A stretch of 63,990 bases of DNA, counting the filler, from Reticulomyxa filosa (taxonomy: Eukaryota; Protista; Foraminifera), in NCBI GenBank assembly GCA_000512085.1. It is 12 parts of 12 records of this genome, joined end to end, with 100 filler letters (N's around TTAATTAATTAA, not from the genome) between each part and the next. Parts side by side here need not be neighbours in the genome. Positions count along the whole stretch, not along the records: positions 20,652 to 39,774 come from ASPP01013785.1; 11 more parts are not named here. The stretch is one strand, 5' to 3'. A model generated the notes under the pieces. It was not told where the DNA came from and searched no databases. It saw only the letters and a list, made by a program, of their open reading frames with translations. A program made the position numbers and the translations under genes. The stretch's first letter is position 1. Each line of letters opens with the position of its first letter. Shown here in pieces: positions 20,773-35,300 of this stretch.

Positions 20773-23355
20773 GTGGTGAGCATGGCGACGAGAAATTGGT
20801 GCGCTACAATTATCTGTGTCCTTTGCATCATGTGATGGAGAGCATCAAGAAACAGAATGCAAAGAACATAGATGCGAGTATGCCACTTTGTATTGACAAT
20901 TGTGAAGATTGTCCCAATCGCAAGTATCAACTACAAACAAGTCGGCAGTGGGTCCATGTAGTGCATGAAGATATCGATCAAGTGAGCAGAGACTTGAGTG
21001 ATTTTATCAGCGAGGAAGTCACGCGCGGTACAATGCGTGTCATCAAGAACACCGCGCTGACATTGCAAGTTGATATAACGCCAAAGTGTTGTGAAAGTGG
21101 CCCATACCCTCCAAAAAAGTGGGGCATAAAGGTACTCAAGCGGCTATGGTTTGAGAAAATTCGCACTTCAACAGTTATGGGAAAAAAAAAAGAGGGAGAA
21201 GGGTGATATATATATATATATATAAATATATGACATATCTTATAAACAGCCAGCAAAGCGTGGCGGGAGTCAGCCATTGAATCTGACATACGAACGCTTT
21301 TGGACAGAAGTGATCCCAGAAAAAATGTATTTGGCGATAAGAGGGCTCAACACGGACCGGAAACATCAACGCATTCCAATTGATAGTGTGATTGGCGCCA
21401 CGGTAGATTCCACTATGCAGATTTGCTTGGCATTGCAATCTTCTTACCAGAAAAATCACAATAAGTGCCAGCAACCCAGAGGCGTGTCGTTCGATTTGTA
21501 CCTGAGCGAAGAGTTTGTTTCATCGTCGGAGTCGGTTCACGTACAAGTGACTCTCACAAAAAACTCGAACCGATTGCAGTCCGGTCAGACAAACTGCGAC
21601 GAGTCTTCCTCCTATGATACGGAGCTTCACACTGACTCGGCTCGCTCGTCCATTTTGGTCGACACACCCAATGGTAGAGCCCATTCCAACGACACCATCA
21701 ATCATAACACGGATGGGAATACTTTCGGAATCTTTTCCTTTGACGTATCTCCTTCAGGGGTTACCTATGCTTCTAACTTTCCTTATCGTGCTGCTCTCAA
21801 AGTTTTATACGTTTATCTACAGCTTAGAATATGAGAGGAGGGGGGGGAAGAAAAAGAAAACAGAGTGAGCATGAAGGAGACAAAAAAAAAAGGAAGGAAA
21901 TAAAACAAAAAGAAAACACGAGAAAAACACCTTTGATTTATGTTTGTATTGTTTACAGCCACCAGAATCCAAAGATGCAAATAACGAAAGTCAATTCTTT
22001 CTTTTTTTTTTTTACGTATACATAATGATTCATCCTCCTCGCTCTTGAGAAAATAAAAGTACTGAGGATCTTTTTTTCTTTGCATAAGGCGTATATGTAC
22101 AAAAAAAAGAGAGGGAACAAAGAAACAAAGGAAAGGATGTACGTGTAAAGAGACAAACGAAATAAATTATGGCTCTATTTTTTTTCCTTCCTCCTTTTCG
22201 TTAAAAAAAAACAAAACCTGAATAAGAACAGATAATGCAAAACAACGCTATCAGTATCCATCTGCGAAAAAACACAAGTTACCCTTTTCGAACGATCCAT
22301 TTTCAGCGAAAAAGCTGCGGGCAATGAATGGAGTGAGTAAAGAAGAAGGACTGAATGGCAATGCCTCACATGCATTGAAGGAAGAGGACGTACCTCCAAT
22401 CCCTCCAATTAATGAAGTGGCTCCAGTATTGACGTTGCCAAGCTTAAAAGCAGACCAATTTTTGACCCACTCCATGGAGCAAACGCAAATGAAAATGGAG
22501 CCTAAAAAATTCGAGCTGCCCAGAGACAACAACATACCCTGTCTATTGCCTTGGTCGATAAAGTCAGAATTTCTATCAAGCACGAAAGAGCACGGATACG
22601 TAAATACCTCTTTCGTGGCTAATGGTGGTTCTTCTCCTTCGGTCAATAAAAGCGATATTGGGATATCGGCGAAAACAAAAGAAGTTACTTCATGGAGGGA
22701 TACTTTTGATGAACAGAAAACTTTGCATGAGGACAAGTACAAACTGTCTCAATTTGACATTTTCAATTGTGGCAAAGAACGTAATAAGTGTGGCTTACCA
22801 ACTGCTCCCAATGTCACATTTGAAGACTGGATGAAGTCACCAGAAACAACGCACATTAGCCAAGTGAGTGATGTGATGACTCCGAATCTCATTAGCGATA
22901 CAGACTCCACTTCTACAATGCCTTTAGACTCACCCTACATTTTGCGTCAAGAGTTGGCCAAAATTGAGAACGAAGAAAAAATTAATAATCAACAGCTTGA
23001 AGAAAAACTTAAACAAATTCAAGATAAAATTAAACGCAAATACGCTCTCAGAGAAAAATTACAAAAGTGGGAAGCGTTTCTAGATCAATGGAGGGAATGG
23101 AGCATGGAGGATCTTCATATATTTTTGATACAGATTGAAAACAAACGATTTGAACGTTACTTCCTCTCTGTCAAAGACCTCAATTCAAAATGGAGTAAAG
23201 ACGATGGGAGGTCTTTCAAAGGCACTGATTTGATTAATGTTGATCGAGAAGACTTGCAAAGTTGGGGAGTTTGCGATAAAGAGGATAGAAAACTTTTAAT
23301 CAAATGCATCCACGATTTGACACAAAGAAAGCCAAGTTTAAAACAGATGAGGTAA
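20773..23355 (+). CDS. Multi-exon protein with coiled coil and C-terminal SAM domain, 5' partial
   Basis: Same-strand ORFs 20697-21206, 21277-21834 and 22324-23355 separated by low-complexity introns. The C-terminus WSMEDLHIFL..FKGTDLINVDREDLQSWGVCDKEDRKLLIKCIHDL is SAM-like. Confidence 0.65.
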
Positions 23356-24197
23356 CATGACATTACATAAGTCATACAACATGCCAACAAAAAAAAGCTT
23401 ACATATTGTTGCAACAATTCCTACAGAAATTCAATGGAGTGCTTACCAGCAATTGTAAAAAAAAAATTTTTGTGGCCTCCGCAATGTTTGCAATTCAAAG
23501 TTCACTTTTATTTGTTGACTATCAGACTTCCTCACAAAATTAACTTCATATAATCATGAAAACCTTCGTGTATATCAAATTAAATAATAGATTTTCTACG
23601 TTAGATAGCATTTAAAAACAAAAACGCAATGTAAATAGTGAAAATAGATAATTAGCAAATCACATTGTGCCACCTTTTTATTCAATCCATAATAGAACAA
23701 ATCAGTACAATACCGAATAGTTGATTTTAAGGGGCACAGAAGTACAAAACTGAAAAAAAAGATTAATACATTCTTTTAGAACTCTGCATGAATACGATTA
23801 CAAGGGGCAGTGAGAGTGAAAGCAAGAAAGAATTGACAGTGTTTTCATCTTCAAATTATGCATTATTTAACATTGTTTGGTTTTTTGTTAAATCTTTCAA
23901 ATTTTCTATAATTTTTCATTAAATTTTTAGCGTTTTGCTTACTATAACTTAATTAATTTTTTTGGAGAACATTGATTCTTTTCATCGATGGAATTTTAGG
24001 TTTCGACTTTTTTGTTTACTCTCGGATTCAAATTGCTTATGAAAGACACGACATTGAAAATTAGTCAAGCTCTTTGACAAAAAAAATAGCAGTAACATTT
24101 CTGAGGCCAAAAATGCAAATGTTACTATCAAAAAAACTTTGCTTATTACGTTTTTCTCTTATTTTACTATACAATTAGAACATCAGAATACAGCATA

Positions 24198-25832
24198 TTA
24201 CTCTCTTTTCAATTTGTCTGCTCTTTCGACAAGCCATTCAATCGCCTGTTCTAGCACTTTTTTCTGTTCTTGTTCTTTTTCGTTCAATGCTTCGTGCAAC
24301 AGTCCATTGAAGAAGCTTTTATGTTTCAATTCTTTGGGTGTTTTGGCAGTCTAATTAATACAACATCATATATTCATCATATACATATTTATACCTCCCT
24401 ATTTGCTCCTTCATCACTAGACAAACCTGATAAAAGACATCCCAATATTCAGAATTGCACAAAGTATCAGATGTTCCTCCGAAAATGTAAAAAGGAAACT
24501 CGATTTTATGGAAATTTTGTCGCATTTCTTCAGCTGCGCGTATAAGTTCAGCACCCAGCCGAATGGTCATCTTCTGCTTCACGTGCAACGGGTCATTTTC
24601 CACTCGGTAGTAAACCTAGTGAAACAAATATGCAAACAAAGAAAATCTGTTCAAGGACAGCAAAATCATTGTAATATTTTCTCTTGTCATGTTAACAATA
24701 TTTAACTGAAGGGTCGGAGCTTAAGCCTTTATTATCAATCTCAACAATGGGTAACTTTGGAAAAAAGTCTGACACAGTTTCCAAAATCCATCTTTTTTTT
24801 TTAATATGTGTATTATTCAACACCTTGCATTGAGTCCAAAAGAGCACATTACTACCAACAAAAAAAAATGAAATAGTACCTGACAACAGGTATCGAAATA
24901 TCAGGTTTTGCACCGGTACTCGCTCCAAAGAAAGGAGCAGACAGGACCACCCCATCAAATAACTTAGGATGGCGATAAGCAGTGACGGATGTGATCAATC
25001 CTCCCATCGAATGTCCTAACACAAAGAAAGGCAGTCCCGGATGTTCCTTTTTGATACTATCACAAAATGAAGCAAAATCGGTCACAAAATCATCGAATTT
25101 TCGGACATAAGTGCGATCACCTTCGCTCAAGCCGTGTCCTTGGTGGTCCATTCCTGTGTTCAAAAAAAAAAAAAATAGTAAATTTTTTTAATAGTTGGGC
25201 CAGTCTTCCAAAATTTTAAAACTTACCAAAAACAATGAAGCCACTTTTATTCAATGCAAGTGCAATATGATCATATCTTTGAATATGTTCCGCTGCGCCA
25301 TGGCAAAGGACAACCACGCCTCTCTTTTTTAAATTTTTTTTTACCTTTATTTTTATTTCATCAAAACAATCTCAAAGGGGCCACGCATACTCAACTGCAC
25401 TTTCCAATGGTACATCTTTTGGTAGTGGCCAATCACGGCGGAAAATCCACAATCCATCTTTGTTTTTGAAAAAGCCTGGAAATAAGTGTTGTTTAGGATC
25501 TTGTGGCGATACTGACTATTTAGTGTTTATTGGTCTTTTGCTTTTGTTTTGCTCTTCCATTTTTTTATTCTTCACGACCAGCAAAAACACATCCACTTAA
25601 CACTCTTTTTGTGATTTGGGTCGGAGTAGTCTGACAGTGTCTTCAGCGATGAAACTGTTTTTACTGCCACATACCCTGCTGCCACCTATCCAATTGTTGC
25701 GTTATTGCGTGTTGTGCCTGTTTTTCCGTCTTTCGACACACAACATAACCAACATACTGAGACACAAATTTTTTGAAAATTATTAAGTTCTGCAAATTGG
25801 GAGCGAAGATGCGATAAAAAACTGAAATCCAT
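24198..25832 (-). CDS. Monoglyceride lipase / lysophospholipase-type alpha/beta hydrolase, multi-exon
   Basis: MDFSFLSHL start; FFKNKDGLWIFRRDW; GMDHQGHGLSEGDR; nucleophile GHSMGG; GVVLSAP; FYIFGGTSDTLC; ends WLVERADKLKRE*. Confidence 0.88.
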
Positions 25833-26325
25833 CAATCTATCAATTGATCAATACCGTATTATAGTAGTTTTTGACTGCCCAGTTCTGCCGACTCGACCCG
25901 TTATAATTTGCTGCAAAACGTCAAGCACCAGTTTCATTTTTTAAAAATGTTAGGTATTTTTGTGGGCAAGATTTGAAAAATAAGTACTATTAACTTTAAT
26001 ACTTCGATACTGATTTTAATGAAGACATTTTTTAATAGCAGAATAACACAATTGATTTTCACAAAGTGATTATGTTTTGAACAGGTTATATGTGACAATT
26101 TTTAGAAAGATGATGAACTCAAGACGAATTCTCAACGGCTTTGTGAGAAAAAAATACACAATTATTAATAGCAACCTTCATGATTTATTGATTATCTGCA
26201 GATATTTCGTTTTCTTTTGTTCCAAACTTTAGGTTTAATGTAGGTGGAATAAAAGGTTTTGTTATCTTCTTTGTTTTGGCATTTTCTTTGAAACGTGTTG
26301 CGTGTACGTAAAAAAAGACATAGAA

Positions 26326-29300
26326 ATGACAATCGTGAAAATTGAAGAACCAGAAGATTTGTTGAATGACTACAAATCGAAATATGAGGATTGTCTGGTG
26401 AGTGCATTGACTTGAAGCGCAATAATAATTTTAAAAAAGGCAGAGAAAAGTGGGTGAGTGAGCAAGAGTAAGTTGTTGTTTGTGTTGAACCTTTCCCCTC
26501 TTTATGGATAGTTGAATTTGGAACGAGGTTGCGATGTATGTTTGACGATCAATGAATTGCAAGAAAAAATTGAAATTGCAAGAGTTTTGTTTTCGTGATG
26601 GTTGTTCTTGTTCTGGAATTGTACTGATACAAATTATTCTGTATTAGTGCACGCACACACACACGTAGACACATTGCACGGATATACACCCCTTCAGTGC
26701 TCTTCATGGGCTTGCGTTTCAATGTTCAAGAAGCGATTTTTTTTGTGATGATGAATAAATGCATACCAAATAAAAATAGACGCTGTTACTGCGGGAGAGA
26801 GAGTTAGAAAATGAAGAAAGAATGGAACTGGAGAACGCAGGAATAAAAATCCAAGAGATAAAAAAAGCAAGACAAGAGGAAGATGGCATTGGTATTGAAA
26901 ACGAAGAAAAACATTTGATCACAACAACAATAACGACAACAATAATAAAAAAGTCGGAAGAAATGTGGAAAGACAGTGAAATGGACAAAAAACATTGTGA
27001 GTATGTATTGAGAGATATATTGCCAAAAGCAATTGGGAGTTTATTGTCGCTGGATCTGTTACGTTGTGATTACAACGAAATCGCCAACTATCAGCAATTG
27101 ATGTTGTCTCAACAACCACAGCCAATCAAGCCCAATATCATGGAACCAACAGACCTCCATGAAATGTCCTCGGAAGAGATCATCGACACTGACATGATGG
27201 ATTCCATTCAAATCGCAAACTCTTCGCCGGCGCAATTGAGAGAGGTTTTGGTTCAACAAATTGTCAATTTTTTGCAATTCTCTATCGAAGCCATTTTTCA
27301 AATTGGATTAGATCGTTTTCCAAAATATTGCCAGGTTTTTTTTCCTTTTCTCTCTCTCTCCCTCTCTCTCTCCCTCTCTCCTCGTTCTCTGTCTCCAAAT
27401 AATATCTTCTTTTTTAATGAATAATTAAAACAGATTTTGGCAATAATTTACAATCCAAATAACAAATTATACAAACCCAATATCACTTACTGCATGCAAT
27501 TGCTGCCCACTGAAAAGAAAATTAATTCAGGCGACCAGCGGCAAATGGGCGGCCAATGATGACTATTTTTTTGATAGAATCCATCATTTATATTTTCAAC
27601 TTATCAACCACTTTGGTGATATCGATGGCTTTGACCAATTGCTCCACTTTTTGCGCAATGAAAAGTGCCCTGCTACTTTGATGGCAAATGATCATGCATC
27701 ACACGTTTCCTCCGACCATGGCACGGCGTCGACCGCAAACGCAATCAGTAGTGTAAAGGATGACATTCCTTATGAACGCGGCAATCTAACTCATGATCAA
27801 TTGTTGAACTTTTTTTTCGCTTTGAATGATGCACTACAGTATTGTCGGATGGAAATCAAAAACACTTTTGCACCAATGGCATTTGAGGTATGTATTTGTG
27901 TACACATATTTCTGTTTTGTGCAACCCATTCAAATCTTACAAGATCCGAAAACAAATGGCAATTTTTTTAAAATTAAAATTAAAAAAAAATAAATTATCC
28001 ACAACTCCGTAGCCCCTTTCCTCCCGCTTGTATATTGGCACTATTCACAAACATACACGGGCATAAAATGTCATGACACATTGAATATGTTACCTCGTGT
28101 TTGTTATGGCCACAAATATATTTACGTGCTTGTTTTTTTTTTTAATGTAGTGCATTTCGAAATGGTACATGACCATGGACATGCTCGAACTAAAAATCTA
28201 CACGAAGAAACAAATCCACGACGTACTCATGAAATTGCATCGGTTTTTCTGTTTCGTAGTCCCAAATAACAACTTTGTACAAAAGTGCGAACACTTGCGA
28301 CTGGAAGTAGCCTTTCGAAGCGTTCAGTGCGACAATCTTACCACAAAAATTTATGGGATGAAAGAATTCAAAGAGTTCATTGATGCCGTGAATTTCAAAG
28401 TGGAATGGCTGCAAGCAATGGGTGATGTCAACAACAACGTTGCCAATGTAACAAACAATTTCAATCGGGTGAACAACAGCATTGCCATCAGGGAATACGA
28501 TCAATCATTGTTGGCTAATTATTTTTGTGAAAATCAAGTGTTGAGCGAGGTACTGGCGGAAGATACACACGAAGATATGATTAAAAGATCAATCGACATT
28601 TTAAAATTTTTGGCCGAGCAAGCCCAACTGCAACAAAAGGACATTGATTTGTTGTGGAGACATGCTTTGCGAGGCAGTCGCTCTTTTGCCGATGTCACTT
28701 ACAGAGTATTATATGATTTGGTTAATGTCATCCCATGGACACTAATCGAGCATGTGCTAACGAAAATCAATGATATCCCTTTGAATACTTACGATCGACT
28801 GGTCTTGACGTTGATCACCGAAATATCACAACGGTGCTTGAATCGGGCCAAGTTCGCCCATGACGTTCCCAAGTCTGTTGCCGAACATCACTATGGTTTA
28901 ATGTTTTTGTGGCGTGCCATGCAAGATGAAAGAACCAAAGATGAAGAGCATATTCCTTTGGCCACCTCTGAAATACAATTGGAAGCAATGAATCGCTTGG
29001 TTTCTTGTTTGCAAATAGATGCTGGATTGAGTTATCAGTTTAAAAAAAAAAAAAGAGTAATTCGATCAATAAATGCATATCATCTTGTACATATATGTTT
29101 ATATGCGCACATATATAATTTTATATTTATATTTATATTCATATTTATGTGCTTGCACGATATGCGTATGAAACATACAGAGAAAATTACAAAAATTTAT
29201 GCGTGGATAATTTGCGGTGCAGTCGTTCAGTCGCAAATTCATTGCGGGTTTTGACATACATTATTTTAGCACATCCGACTGAAAGATCTGCGGATGTAAT

Positions 29301-32300
29301 GTCTGGAGCAATTGGCAATAATGTGACACACATCTCGGATTCGACAGAAGAAAAACAAGAAACCGAGACCCCTCAATTGCTGCAGCGGCATTCCACTAGA
29401 AATGAGATTGTCGGCATTTTGGTTAGGCAACATCGCATTTTGGATTTTGTTTTTCAATGATCTATCACGTTATATGCACGATCACTCCAAAAGAGGTTTG
29501 TTTTTCATATATATATATATATATATTTTTTTTTTTTTAAAGTTAAATAATTACCAATTTTTTATTATTATTTTTTTGTGTGATTGTAAAAAAAAAAAAA
29601 AATAAGAGGACAAGGATAGCCCTCCAGAGCAAGCTCCTTCAACAACGGAAAAAACGGCCAATGCAGCTCCACGTGCTCTGGTTCCACCACCGGTATTGCA
29701 CTTGCGCAAGTTGGACAATTTTAAAGCCCGATTTGACTTTTTGCGATTTTTGTTGCAGAATTCACACTTGCAATTGAAGCGCCAGCAATTGGAAGATTTA
29801 TGGAAAATTGTGATTGGTGATAAATTGGACGAGAAACATGAAAACTTATCACTAATTTGTAAGAGTGAACACAATCATTTTTTCCGTTGGTTGAAAGAAA
29901 TCTGTCCGACGAACAATAAAAACAACAATAACTCAATGTCCCAAGCCATGACGGTGGATGATGCTGTGCATTTGTTTCAAACGCGTCTGTCTTTGATGCC
30001 TCGCAAAACAATGACTTCAGATTCTTTGGAGTGTCTACATCGCTATTTTGAGTTGGTTCACTCCGTTTCGATTGCCAATGCCCAGTCGACTGGACAAATA
30101 TTCCAAATTCCAGCACTATCGCAAGCCATTGACGTCATGTGGGAAATTGCCATTGAGGCCGATGAAGATCGCGTCGCGGAGAGTTGTGGTGTCTTTGTCA
30201 CTGCTTTTTATATGAAGCCGATTCCAGGAAATGACAATACTCCATTATTTAATACAAATGCCTTGAATATCTTTGGAGAATCTTTTGTCAACGACTTAAC
30301 CAGACTTATTCAAAATGCAGGAAATAGTGCAAACATCAGCTCCAATACTTCAAATGCGATCACTTCATTCAATGACCAGAAAACTGACACAAACAAAACA
30401 GCTCCACCAATTGACAAATGGCAAGCGAGACACGAATTTGTCGAAAAATGCATGGGCTATTTGCAACAACATGGCATGAGCGAAAGTCCAGTGAGATATT
30501 TGAATAGGTAGAGCCTTTTGGTTTTTTTTTAAAAGAAATAATAATAATAATAATAATAACAATATGAAAGCCTTAAGACAAATAAGAAATAGTCGAACTT
30601 GATTGCTTGTTTTTATTTTCAAACACTAGATGCCTTGATCTGATGGAAACATTCATCGAATGCACAAAACCAGGTACAATGTCCGGGAATGGTAATGACG
30701 GACTGGGATTGGATGACAGATTCTTTGATCCATCTTTGGAAGGATTATTGCTGAGTAATGAAAATGCCAATATCGGTCAATGGGACTTAGGGAAACATCG
30801 CATTGACAAATGGGACCTCCCCTTAGGAAGGAACGTGTTTGTGCAAATTCATTTGTTGCATATGAATATGAACAAAAATCGGAAAACGTACAAATTGATT
30901 ATTAGCAATCGGGCAAGTGTAGATGAACTCTTGGAATTAGTTGCGGGGACCATCAAACTTCCTAGAGTTAAGCGCTTTTATGTTTTTGCTTGCCACTCTC
31001 ATTCTATACTTTTGTTTTTGTCATTGCTTTATTATTATTAAAAAAATCAATTGGACAGGGCCTGTTTCAACTAGCGACAGATCAACACTTGGACTTGACG
31101 AAAACAAATCCCTCTTCGACGTTGGAAGGATTAGGTATTGCTCTGCACTGCAATTTAACTGCTATGACGATGACTGATCCAAGCATAGAGACGTCCATAC
31201 CAGACGGATCCTCCATTTTGATACAAAACAAATTGAATATTGATTTGTTGCTGCATTTATTGGACAGAGGCGGTGAATTGGCTGCTAGAATTTGGAATTT
31301 ACTGGTTTAGCGTTTTTTTTTCTTTTTTTTTTATGAATAATAAAGCAATTGAAAGAGAAATATAATAACATCCAATTCAAACGTGCGTGATGTGGTGCTT
31401 TTATTTGTTTGATAGATCAGATTGCCTTTGGCAATACAAATCATGTCACAATTGAGAGATATAACTCGGTGCATCCAAGAAACTATATTTACATCTGCGT
31501 ATGTAATTTGTAGTTGTTTTTTTTTTTTAGCTTTCAAGTCTTATTGCAAAACAACCATTGAATAAAGCTGTAATGCCTAAAAAAAAAAAAAAAAAAAAAA
31601 GAACTGGAGACCAACAAATCCGACGGGACATAGTTGTAGACCCCAATTGGAAAGAACTAATCGATACCAGTTCAACATTCAAGACTTTGTACTATCTCAT
31701 TGCATTAGATGCCACCATTGACGGATCCAATTTGGATTGGTTGTACGTTTTTTTCGAGTTGGATGGTGTTGATTATCTTATAGGGATGATTGAAAGATTT
31801 AAAATTGATTATCGTATGTTTTTTTTATTTTTTATTTTTCATTGTTTTGAATTGGACAAATTTAGTTTGTTAACTTGTATGTCGACATTAAACAGGTGAT
31901 GAGGTGTTTACGTTTGCATCTTATCGCATTCTGTACATATGGTCCAAGATACTTGCATCTTTGTCCACAGTTTAGTCCTTTCTTTTAATTCAAATTAGAC
32001 TTGTGTTGAACCACTCCTTTTTTTTTTTCGGCTCCTGAAATAGGCGTTAATCGATAGCGATCCCTTGAATGTAAATGCGACACCACAACACGTAACTCCA
32101 TCTTGTGTTGTGAAGCAAGCCGTGTCTCAGCAAATGCGAACAGTGTTAGAACAAAAGCACATCTTTCCACTGGGAAAACGCATTTGGACATTGATTATGG
32201 AAGTACTGGATCGAGCATCGGAAAATAATTGGAGAAATTATGTTTTGATATCGAACACAGTTGAGCTATTATTACATGATTTCAGCGTCCTAATGTACGA

Positions 32301-35300
32301 ACGTAGTTCAAAATTATATCCTTTGTTTTTCACCGATCATGGTAACTTGTGGAAGCGATTGCTCCATGTTTTACTGTTCTCCAAAGACGTCACTATACGT
32401 TCCAAAGGCAAAATGTACTTATTTGAAGTGTACGCAAAGTTTCAAGATATTGAAACTAAAATGAAATAGTTTTGATTTTTTTTTTTTTTGTCTCCTCAAC
32501 GAACTGCTATTCTAGGAATACGTATACATATATACATATAATATGAATGTTATGATATATTTGTTTACTTCATCTAAATCAATGACAGCACGACAATATC
32601 CTCTTTGGAGGAAATGTGGCATGATTTGTTGAGCAATGAAACGAACCGACCAGTGTGCGGCGAGTTTTGCTATTTTTATGGCGAAGTGATAAAATATTAC
32701 TGTGTGCATATATTACTGATGGACGTCAACACAGAAAGATCATTGTATAGTCAAGCAATGGGACATTTTCAATGGCTTTTTGAGGAAGCTGTATCTGCCT
32801 TGTGCAAATACGAAAGCAAAGAGTATGTACGCCACGAAAAAAATGATCAATATCTCACTGGACTATTGGTCGTGCTCAAATCGATATTGGTTGGATTGCC
32901 CGAAGTCAAAAATAATAATCCAAAAATAGTCAAACAATTGCAAAATGAAGTGTTAACCAAGTGTTTATTCAACTATCCGGACCAATATGTGAATACCTTT
33001 GAAAACTTGACAGCACCCCATCAACCACCAATTCCGAAATGCAAAACTTCGTCGTCACGAAAAGTTGAGAAAAACCTTGTTGAATTCTTCATATGTTGAT
33101 GCAATATGTTGTTTTGTTTCATCCTCGAGATAATTCTTTTCACATACACATATACATGTGCACATATTTTCTCGGTATTTGATTCAATCGTAGGCTGCAT
33201 TTGATGTACTTTTCGAAATGTGCAAAGACAATCCAGTAGTTTGGTACGATGCACTTTCACACTTGCATCGCTTACACGAGGAATTCGTGGAACAAGTGGG
33301 GGACAAGAAAATAGGCTGGGACTTCAATCCCGTTTTTGAGTCGCGTTCGCTGACTAGTTACTGTGGGCTGACCAATTTTGCTTGTACATGCTATTGCAAC
33401 GGGTCCATGCAACAACTGTATGCCAACCCAATGATGCGCAAAATTTTATTGGGAACAGACTTGCGAAAAAAATTCCCAAATGTTGAAGTCCGAGACGAAG
33501 CGCCAAACCTGCAAAATTTGCAAGCCGAACAAGACGGAGGTCAAAGACAAGTAAAAAAAGTGTCCAAAATGAGATCTTCTGTTGTTTTCGCCTTGCAAGA
33601 AATGTTTACAGCATTGAAATATTCAAATCGCCGCACGTACGCACCTGACACATTTCGCCAAAACTATAAAAATCCAGAAGGAAATGAAATGAATATATTC
33701 GAGCAGGTGACATTCATTTATTTGTTATTTTGATCTTTTCTTTTTTGTTGTATTTGCTTTTGAATATCAATTGTATATACGAAATGGGGGGGGGGGAAAA
33801 CAAAAAACACAAGATGGACGCACAAGAGTTTATGAACTTCCTATTCGATAATATTGAAAACGAAATGAAGGGAACATTGGCCGAACAGCTATTGAAAGAA
33901 GAATTTTCTGGAAGGCAAATAAATCAAATCATATGTCAAGAATGTAACTACGTGAGTGAAAACAGCGAACCTATTTATTTTGTACCTGCCCAAATTCAAA
34001 ATCATGCATCTTTGGAAGAGAGCTTGGATCACATGTGAAGGGTGAATGGTTGCAAGGACCAAATGCGTATTTATGCAGCGGCTGCCACAAAAAAGTAACT
34101 GCGTTAAAGCGCTCCTGCTTTAGCACTTTGCCGCACACATTGATGATACATTTGAAGCGTTTTGAGTTCAACTTAGAGACAGTGACACGAGTCAAAGTGA
34201 ATTCCAAGCTGTCCTTCCCAACCCAGCTGCACATGACCAAGTATTGTAAAGAATACTTGGACGCCGTAGAGAATCGAGACAAAAAACCAAAATCCGCCCC
34301 TATCACCTCGCATGAATATGAATTGGTTGGAATACTTGTGCATTCAGGGACTGCTGACTTTGGACATTACTACTCGTTACAACTTTTTTTATTATCATTT
34401 ATTAATGTATATATTTTTTGTAGCGTGTGTATGTGTGTATTTTTTTTATGACTTTTCCCTTTCTCGTCATGTTGAAAATACAAAAACTAAAGTGTGGGTG
34501 TGTGGCAGTTATATCCGAGAACAAAAAGATGACGGATCTTTGGGACGCTGGTTGGAGTTCAATGACGATACGGTATCTTTTTTCAATGAAAATCAAATCC
34601 CGGAAAAGTGTTATGGCGGGACACAAATGTGGACCGTGCAAGACAAGAACGGACAATATGTCAGCCGGATTATAGACAAACAACACAGTGCATATTTGTT
34701 AATATATCGCAGGAAAGGCGAAATCAATCCGCATTTGAATATGAACTCGGAATGTTTTCATCGACAAATCGATGTCGAAAAATGGCATCAGTTCAACAAT
34801 CCTTCGCAACAAGTCCTTCCTGATTCCTCCAATGGACAACTCACCGAAAATCAAATATCGCAAAACACTGGCGTCCAAGCCTCCACCGTGAAAAGTCTGG
34901 CGCCAGAACAATCCACAACAAAAGAAAGTACCCCTCAGGACATTACTCCAGACGGAGATACCGTCACACAAGGTGATAGACCACGCGATTCCAATGCAAT
35001 TACTCCCGATGGAAATGGAAATGGAAATGAAAATGCAGTTGTGTAAAAATTAAAGATGTCTGTTGTTGATATTTTCTTTTTTCTTGTTTGCTCTATTAAT
35101 TTCGCTCGTGTGTGTGTGTGTGTGTTACACTTTATGATAAACTGATCGAATGGAAACTTAGAGACAACCAACGGATAGCAATGCAAATGGATCCAATGAT
35201 AACGCAGATAGCAACCACCATCCCAATCATCGTGACTTCCCTGATTACATACGAGATGGTGGTGAAGAGGTAGATATTCCCGAAGCCGAAGCTCGGCATC

